Notes under the pieces: generated by a model
The model's database searches: none
The model's input: only the letters and a program-made list of their open reading frames with translations
Told to the model about the DNA's origin: nothing
Shown: in pieces, positions 57,101 through 64,000 of the stretch
Position numbering within the stretch: the first letter of the stretch is position 1
How the letters are laid out: the number at the start of each line of letters is the position of its first letter
Position numbers and translations under genes: made by a program
From: Paraspadella gotoi
Taxonomy: Eukaryota; Animalia; Chaetognatha
Direction of reading: 5' to 3'
Assembly: GCA_051294375.1 (NCBI GenBank)
Contig: CM119271.1
Coordinates: forward strand, 10,543,376-10,607,375
Length of the DNA: 64,000 bases

Positions 57101-58937
57101 TCTTCCCCCGGCCGACATGGTTTGCGATCTCCCTTCCCACGGCAGCCAATCCATCTTTTCTCCTTTTGCCGGCCTGACCAGCCTTCCCTTACCTTTTTGG
57201 GAAATGCAGATGATGCGGACATACAGAGAAGGATTCATGCGTCGCTATTGTCGTTTGTCCACTCTCATCGACGTCAGATTGATTTTGGCCCAGCAAATAG
57301 CCAGGCGAGCGCTCAGCACGCAGGAAATCAACGCCGGCGATTCCGCCATCAAGCAATGCAAGGATCAGCAGAAGGTGCTGGAGAATTGCTGGAAACAAAC
57401 TCGTTGGGCCTACGACATGATTTCCGCCGCTCGAAGTAAGCATAGCGAGTGCGGGATTAAGCTCAACGGAATTCTTGCCTGCGATCATCCCTTGGCCGAG
57501 CCGATCGACGATCCAGTTTACGCGGTTCCTTACGAAATCCCGACCAATCCCGGATCGCCAGAACTTCGACCGAATATCCGACGAAAGTTTGGATCGACAG
57601 TAAACAACAATAATCCCGCCGTCGCCCGAATCGAACGATCCTCTCATCCGCCACCCAACTTAATCTTCAACGATTCCGTCAACGTCGAACTACAAAACAT
57701 TCCGCTCAAGACGCCCGACGGCGTCGAGATCGCTCCCAAGACTCAAAAGACTAAAGTTTCGCTTAAATCTCCTCAATTTTCTCTTCCCTTGTCGCCGACG
57801 AAAACGTACCAGGGATTTTTCCAAGAGACGAATCATCAGCGGCCGTTGCTCGACTTTACGAAAATCGCGACGAATCTCTCCGCGTCCGGTTCTTCCGCCT
57901 CGTCGAACGGTCGCTCTTCAACGCGAGACGCTCACGCGTCCAAAGCTTCTCTCAAACTGCGCGAACATCTCAAGTCGGGCGCCTCGAAAGAGTGGGTGAC
58001 CGGACCTTTTCCTCACCCGAGTCTCCACCCGCTGTCCAAGATTCAATCGTTTAAAAACGGAACAAACTGCAACCGTTTGGTCTTGGACGTTCACAACGCG
58101 TTACCGACTGAGCGGCGTTTATCCTCGAGATCGTCGGCCAACAGCGGCAGCGGGAGCATCGCCCGTTCCAGCGTTTCCGCCGGCAGCCCGAGGCAGTCGT
58201 GGCGGGGAGCGACAACAACGACAACAACGAAAACGAAAGTAGATTCATCGAGCGCTTCTTCCCCAGAGTCACCTCAAGTCGCACCTAATTTTTCGTCTCA
58301 TTCTCCGTCGTCGAATCGTGGCGCGTCTGAAATCGGGGTTCGTGTCTCATCCTCTTCTTCGTCTTCGTCAGAACCGAAACGACGATTCCCAGCTGACGTA
58401 CCAAATGATGGAGGCTCCGACGCCGTTGACGGGAAGGCTCTCTTCTCGGGTCAATTCCACGTCGAATACGTGAACAAGGTTTCCGTTCCACCTCAGCCCC
58501 TCGTCGAGTCCAACCACCGAGTGTTGGAGGAGTGCGTCCCGAGGATCCCTCAACCGATGTCGCCGACGCTCGACGACGCTTCCTCCACGGATCGTCTTCA
58601 AACGACATCCTCGATCCCGGTCTTCGCCGCTTACTATCACGGCCTACCTCCGGGGCAAAAGGTCGTCGTTCCGATCCAGACGGACACGGTGGTGGGCGAC
58701 GTGGTCCGGGCCGTGGTCAAGCACCTGAACAAGATGGTGATCATCAAAGGAACCGGAACTCCGGTCTACACGGACGACGATCTCTCCGATTTTTATTTGG
58801 TCTCTCAAATCGGCGACGTCGACGAATCCGCCTTCGACGACGGAAAAAACTTTGGCGACGTTTTGGCGGCGACGACGACGACGACGTCGAAACCTTTCGT
58901 CGTTAAACGTCGCGGAGAAATTAACGGGTCTCGATGA
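54179..58937 (+). CDS. ANKFN1: Ankyrin repeat and fibronectin type III domain protein (ANKFN1/wide awake/banderuola family), C-terminal RA-like domain
   Basis: Exon 54179-54428 splices in frame to 54724-58937; ankyrin repeats (LFLAVE…, NNQGFTPLDVAVMLGNRVVAKLLIAHGA), FN3 (YKVEWS…YFVRVSAMNLKGCG…PSSWKE), RGFYLACLLY, PPHVKVRNNSNISKGEW, VFAAYYHGLPPG. Confidence 0.92.
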
Positions 58938-60125
58938 TATGAGGATTTAAAAACAGAGAGAGATTTCAGGGCGAGCGCGCGTAGAGTAGTCTATTTATGA
59001 TTTCGTCTGTCGTTTTTAAGTTTCACTGATCTTTTTTTTTTTCTTTACCAGCGTTTTGATGATAAAAAGGCGACGCATTCAATGTTGAAACGTTCTGTAG
59101 CACTTTTAATATGGTGAAACAGCGGTTTTTTTTATATGTTTTTTATGTTTTATTATCAGTATTTCTAAAATACTTTTTATGTTGTGTGAGCAGAACAAGT
59201 CGGGAAAATGTTTTTTTACCAAGATCTAAGTCTTAATGCCAAAATTGTTAATCCTGTTAAGCTTCATTTCCAGTATGGTTTAGTAGCATTTAAGTTTTTT
59301 TTTTTAGACTTAGCATTTTTGAAGAGCCGTTTGTGCCTTTTTTCAAAAAATTCCTCCCGTTTGACCAAAGAAAATAACGCCAAGGTTCCAGGTCTGGTAC
59401 GACATTCATGTCTAACTTTATTGTAAAGTAATTGCTTTTTAACAAACTTATTACTTTTTAAAAAATTAATGTGATAAATAAAAGTGGGGTAAAATTGTGC
59501 AATATAAATTTTGAAATTACTTTTATAATATATTCATTTATCGATTATGCTCTTAAACATTTTACTATTTAAGTCCGGGAGAAAAAAATTAGAATAACAT
59601 GTGCGAATAGAAGTGAGGCTTGCATTTCGATCGAAGTCTGATCTCGATCCCGCAGCCTCTTTTGTATTCATCGATGAAAGGCTCGACTCCGGTCATCGGC
59701 TGCAGTCCGTTCACGTCGGTTCGACACAATTCCCTTTCGGGTCGAGCGCAGTCCAAACCGGTTTTCCTCGAGGCCAGACTCCAGAGGGGGGGACTCCCTC
59801 CTCTTCCTCGCCCTTCCGTGAATCGTTTTTCGTCTTTGTTGTTTTCTTCACTGTTATTCGGCTACGGTTTATTCGAAGCAAAGTCGCGCTCATTTATTTC
59901 TTTTCTAAATACTTACGACCTTCCGAGCTTGAATCAGTACGACTGTTTAATTTACCACCACGCCGTTGTTACTCGAATTTCACATTTTATATCTCGTTCA
60001 CCGTTGGTTTCTGTTCACCGTTGATACTCGCTGTTTTTTTTTTTTACCCCCGCTCTACTATTTCCCTATATTATTTTTACAGGAAGATTGCTGTCGCTTG
60101 CGACTTCTTTGAATCATTTTTCACC

Positions 60126-61228
60126 ATGTCGTCTACGGAACTCGAATCGGCAGGTAATTCAATACTTTGGGGGATTGTAAAGTTCGATGAACTTCCTTGT
60201 ACTTTGTTGTTAATATAAGTTTTTTGGTTTAATTAAATAAAAATAAGTCAAATAAAAAAATTATTATTCAATTTCCCAGCGGGCTCGTCGGAATCCGACG
60301 GCTTCGTTCAAGTGAAAAGTCGAAAAAGGAAAAGCAAAGAATCGGGGATGGACCTCGAGGGATCGGAACGTGAGTAGAGAGAGAGAGCGAGAGAGAGAGA
60401 GAGAGCGCTTATCTCAAAGCTTTTATACACAATCTCTTTTTCATAACCACTTTTCAGAAGCTGCCAAGAAGAAACCTCTTTTCCCTCCTATCTCCGCTGA
60501 GGCCCTCGTGGACTCCGTGGAAGGTTTCAGAAAGGTTCCAGGTAAGACAATCCAAATGGCTAAGAAAATGGCCATGAGTTTTATAATCTCATTACATTTA
60601 CGAATTAATAATATAAAAAAAAATTTTACAGTTCCCAACAATCGATACACGCCGTTAAAGCAAAACTGGGAAAAGCTTTACACTCCGATCGTGGAGCATT
60701 TGAAGCTGCAGATTCGTTTCAACCTGAAAACGCGTAACGTCGAGTTGAGGACTTGCGAAGAGACGGATAATATTGGTAATTGGTAAAGGGTGTTCGCGTC
60801 AAAACTTAGAAATAAAAGACGATGATCACATTTTCACTTTCCTCTCCCAAGGTTCCCTCCAAAAAGCGGCGGACTTTGTCCGCGCCTTCCTCCTCGGCTT
60901 CGAAGTCTCCGACGCCCTCTCCCTCGTTCGCCTGGAGGATCTCTTCCTCGAATCATTCCGCGTGACGGACGTGAAGCCTCTCAAGGGCGACCACCTCTCT
61001 CGCGCCATCGGCCGCATCGCCGGCGCCCACGGCAAGACCAAGTTCACCATCGAGAACGTCTGCAAAGTGCGGATCGTCCTCGCCGACGAGCAAGTCCACA
61101 TCCTCGGCTCTTATCAGAACATTCGATCCGCGCGTCACTCCATCAGCAGCCTTATCCTCGGCAGCCCGCCCAGCAAAGTCTACGGATCGATGAGGGCCTA
61201 CGCCTCCAGAGCCGCTGCGCGGTTTTGA
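60126..61228 (+). CDS. PNO1: RNA-binding protein PNO1/Dim2 (KH domain)
   Basis: Exons 60126-60153, 60280-60369, 60458-60541, 60632-60775, 60852-61228; [64 protein letters not shown]. Confidence 0.96.
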
Positions 61229-61423
61229 AATATCTTATTTTTTTTTTAGTAGTCGCTAATTGACGTTTTACGAGTAGTTATTTAATACAATGAGATGTTG
61301 TCCGATGTCCAGTTTCGACGCGCATGCGTGAATCCCGTTTCATTTTAAAAACAACCTTGTTGATTTCAGCATCTTTTAGATAATACAGTTTTGACGAAAA
61401 TAACTTTTTCCTAAAAAAAAAAA

Positions 61424-62083
61424 ATGGGGATCGTGGTTGGAATCGGTGGAGTCAGTTGCGGCGGGAAAACGACGCTGGCGCGGAGATTGAAGAAAGAGCT
61501 GGAGGTGAGATTACATAATGTGATGATTGATTGTGATTGATCGTGATTCAAGCAAATCTTCGCTTTCAATCTTCAGTCCCCTCCCGACGCAGGCGTCGTC
61601 ACCGTCCTCCACCAAGACGACTTTTACAAAGACGAAGCCACCCTCTTTCGCGAGGGCCACCCTTACGACGAGCAACTCCGCTACCACAACTGGGAACTCC
61701 CCGGGGCCTTTGACGCGGCGCGCCTCCACGAGCGGCTGGATGGCGCGACTGGGTTGACCCTCGTCGAAGGGATTCTCGTGACGGAGGACGAAGGAATCGT
61801 GGACACCGCGGAGGTCGTCTTCTTCCTCGATTGCTCGAGGGAAGTTTGCTCGGAACGGAGGATCAAGCGGAATTACGAACCGCCGGAGCCGGAGGGATAT
61901 TTCGACAAATATTATTGGCCCTCATACCTGAGCATCAAGGCCAAGGCGGAGTCGTTGACGGAGAGTGGGCGTGCCGTCGTCTTTTTGGACGCGACTGAAT
62001 CCATTGAGACTTTGACTTCGCGGATGACAAAGGATGTGACGGAGGTTTTGACTCGAAAACGAGGAGGTATGACTGGTTTGTAA
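61424..62083 (+). CDS. NMRK1: Nicotinamide riboside kinase (uridine kinase family)
   Basis: Exons 61424-61504 (VGIGGVSCGGKTTLA, P-loop) and 61577-62083 (LHQDDFYK…LVEGIL…RRIKRNYEPPEPEGYFDKYYWPSY). Confidence 0.85.
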
Positions 62084-62623
62084 GGAAAAACAAAAAAACA
62101 AAAAAAAAAAAACTAAGAATATAATTTGGTAACATTAAATCAAATCAAATTGTGTAGCCTTTTTTTTTCAATTGATAATACGCGGAGGTTAATTCAGGGC
62201 ATCAGAGAAATGTTAATTTACTCTTTATTTCTTACGGCTTACGTAATTTTTTATTTGTTCTGGTGATATTTTTCTTTCTTTTGGCCCTTTTCATTTTCCG
62301 TGACCCCTTTACTCAATAATTGCTTTTTACATTTGTGTTTCTTTCGATTTCATTTTAAATTTGTTATATGTTCAACGATTGTTTGTTTTTTGTTAACGAG
62401 TACAGTATTTTCTACAAAGTTGCTCACGCCTTTTCTTCTTTAGCAATCCTGCTAATCAATTCGAGATTAATCAAAGGGTAAGTCATTTCAATGTTGCCTT
62501 ATTTTTTCGTTTTTAGAAAACAAGTCGTTTATGTCGGAAGGGTCGAAAAATAATTTTCTGGTTATTTACTAACCTCAAAAAAAAAAAATTAACTTCAAGT
62601 AAATAACCAAATAGAAAATAAAA

Positions 62624-64000
62624 ATGCGAGACGACGAGCCTTTCTCCAACCCGATCGCCCCCGCGGGCCACCAGAACCAAGCCGAGGACGGCAAGGATGA
62701 CGCCAAGCCCCTCAGCAACGATGACTTTCGCAAGCTCGTCATGTCGACGCGCGGGGGGCCTTCGGTTCACGGAAGCGGGGGCAGCGGCGCCGCTCCTTCC
62801 ACCGAGCGAAAGACGGTGCTGGGCATGGGCCACTCTGTCCGCGGCATGCGCATGGGTAGCACCAGCAGTTCCTCCGGCGAGAAAGTCGACATTCCTAGCT
62901 CCATTAAAAGCGAGAAGCAGGACAGAGACGCCATCGAACGGCGGAAAAAGAAAAAGGCGCAGTATCTCCAGCTGAAGAAGATGGAGCTGGAAAAAGAGGC
63001 CGAGTTGGCGAAAAAATATCGGGATCGGGCCAAGGAACGCCGCGAGCACGCCGAGAAAGACGATCAGGTGCAGGAGGAGCTCAGCACGACCCAGAATTAC
63101 CGCGCCGTGGCGCCCGGCGCCAAAGAGGGCGAGTCAGACGAGCGCCGCAATCGTATCATCCAAGAATCGAAATTCTTGGGCGGTGACATGGAGCACACCC
63201 ATTTGGTCAAGGGGCTTGACTACGCTCTGCTGCAAAAGGTCAAGGCGGAGATCTCCAACAAGGAGCTGGCTCTGGAGGACGAGGAACTCGACAATATTCT
63301 CGAGAGCCTCCCGGCGAAGGAGGAGCAGCCAAAAGAGAAGGCGGAAGTCGACCTCAAATCCCGATACGAAATGAAAACCTCATTGGCTAAAAACATTCAT
63401 CGCGTTCTCTTCGATCAGAAACTTCCCGAGCGGAACGAACTTTTCGCGCCCGGCCGCATGGCCTACGTCGTCGATCTTGAAGACGACTTCGGCGAATCCG
63501 ATGTCCCCACCACCGTCATTCGTTCGAAGACAGACTGTCCCGACGTGGAGACGACTTCCACCCTCTCCGCCAACGACATCGTCATTCAAAAGCTCACCCA
63601 GATTTTATCCTATCTGAGACAGGGCCATCGCGGGAAGAAGCTGAAGAAGAAGTTGGCCAAGGACGAGAAGTTGCACGACCCGGCGCAGGAGGAAGGGATC
63701 TTCGGCGCCGAGTTCGCCGTCCCGCAGCCGCCGACGTCTTCGTCGTCGCGGTTCAAAGGGAGCGACAGATACGAGAGAGGCGAAGGGAGAGAGGGACGAG
63801 ACAAATCCTCCTCTTCCCGATGGGACGATCGCGAGAGATCCAAGCGGCCCCAGAAGGACGATTCGGGTCGATTCTCTTACTTTGACGAACCCAGCGCCAA
63901 GGAGAACGCCGAAGACGCCGCGTTCGAGGCGCCGGCCGGCAGCAGCGCCGCCGAGATGATCAAGAACATCAACGCCAAGTACGCCGGATACGAGGCGCCC
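62624..64000 (+). CDS. IK: Protein RED / IK (spliceosomal), runs off window end
   Basis: MRDDEPFSNPIAP…LSNDDFRKLVMST, KYRDRAKERR, IQESKFLGGDMEHTHLVKGLDYALLQKVKAEI, ERNELFAPGRMAYVVDL; uninterrupted ORF to 64000. Confidence 0.95.
   Translation, partial: MRDDEPFSNPIAPAGHQNQAEDGKDDAKPLSNDDFRKLVMSTRGGPSVHGSGGSGAAPSTERKTVLGMGHSVRGMRMGSTSSSSGEKVDIPSSIKSEKQDRDAIERRKKKKAQYLQLKKMELEKEAELAKKYRDRAKERREHAEKDDQVQEELSTTQNYRAVAPGAKEGESDERRNRIIQESKFLGGDMEHTHLVKGLDYALLQKVKAEISNKELALEDEELDNILESLPAKEEQPKEKAEVDLKSRYEMKTSLAKNIHRVLFDQKLPERNELFAPGRMAYVVDLEDDFGESDVPTTVIRSKTDCPDVETTSTLSANDIVIQKLTQILSYLRQGHRGKKLKKKLAKDEKLHDPAQEEGIFGAEFAVPQPPTSSSSRFKGSDRYERGEGREGRDKSSSSRWDDRERSKRPQKDDSGRFSYFDEPSAKENAEDAAFEAPAGSSAAEMIKNINAKYAGYEAP

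Overview
Eukaryotic (invertebrate metazoan) genomic scaffold with AT-rich, microsatellite-laden introns, GC-rich exons, N-gaps and some locally noisy sequence. Genes read by manual exon assembly: a GAS2-like CH+GAR cytolinker (+, 5' part outside the window, ends 14847); a very intron-rich invertebrate-type NMDA receptor GluN2 gene (+, ~16.8-43.9 kb) that hosts a complete antisense numb gene and a U2 snRNA gene in its introns; then a compact same-strand run of IFT172, MRPL44, ANKFN1/wake, PNO1, an NMRK-type kinase and IK/RED. The most striking element is a tiny non-coding LTR retroelement (TG...CA LTRs, tRNA-Trp-like PBS, PPT, ~180-bp internal region) whose LTRs carry a circularly permuted (P5-type) twister-ribozyme-like motif and, in some copies, a tRNA-like cassette, i.e. 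a candidate animal 'twister retrozyme'. One copy is nested inside an oppositely oriented solo LTR and is itself interrupted by a hAT-like element. The GluN2 subunit has a Lys at the pore Q/R/N site and a ~700-aa multi-exon C-tail. All calls are by eye; no searches or folding programs were run.
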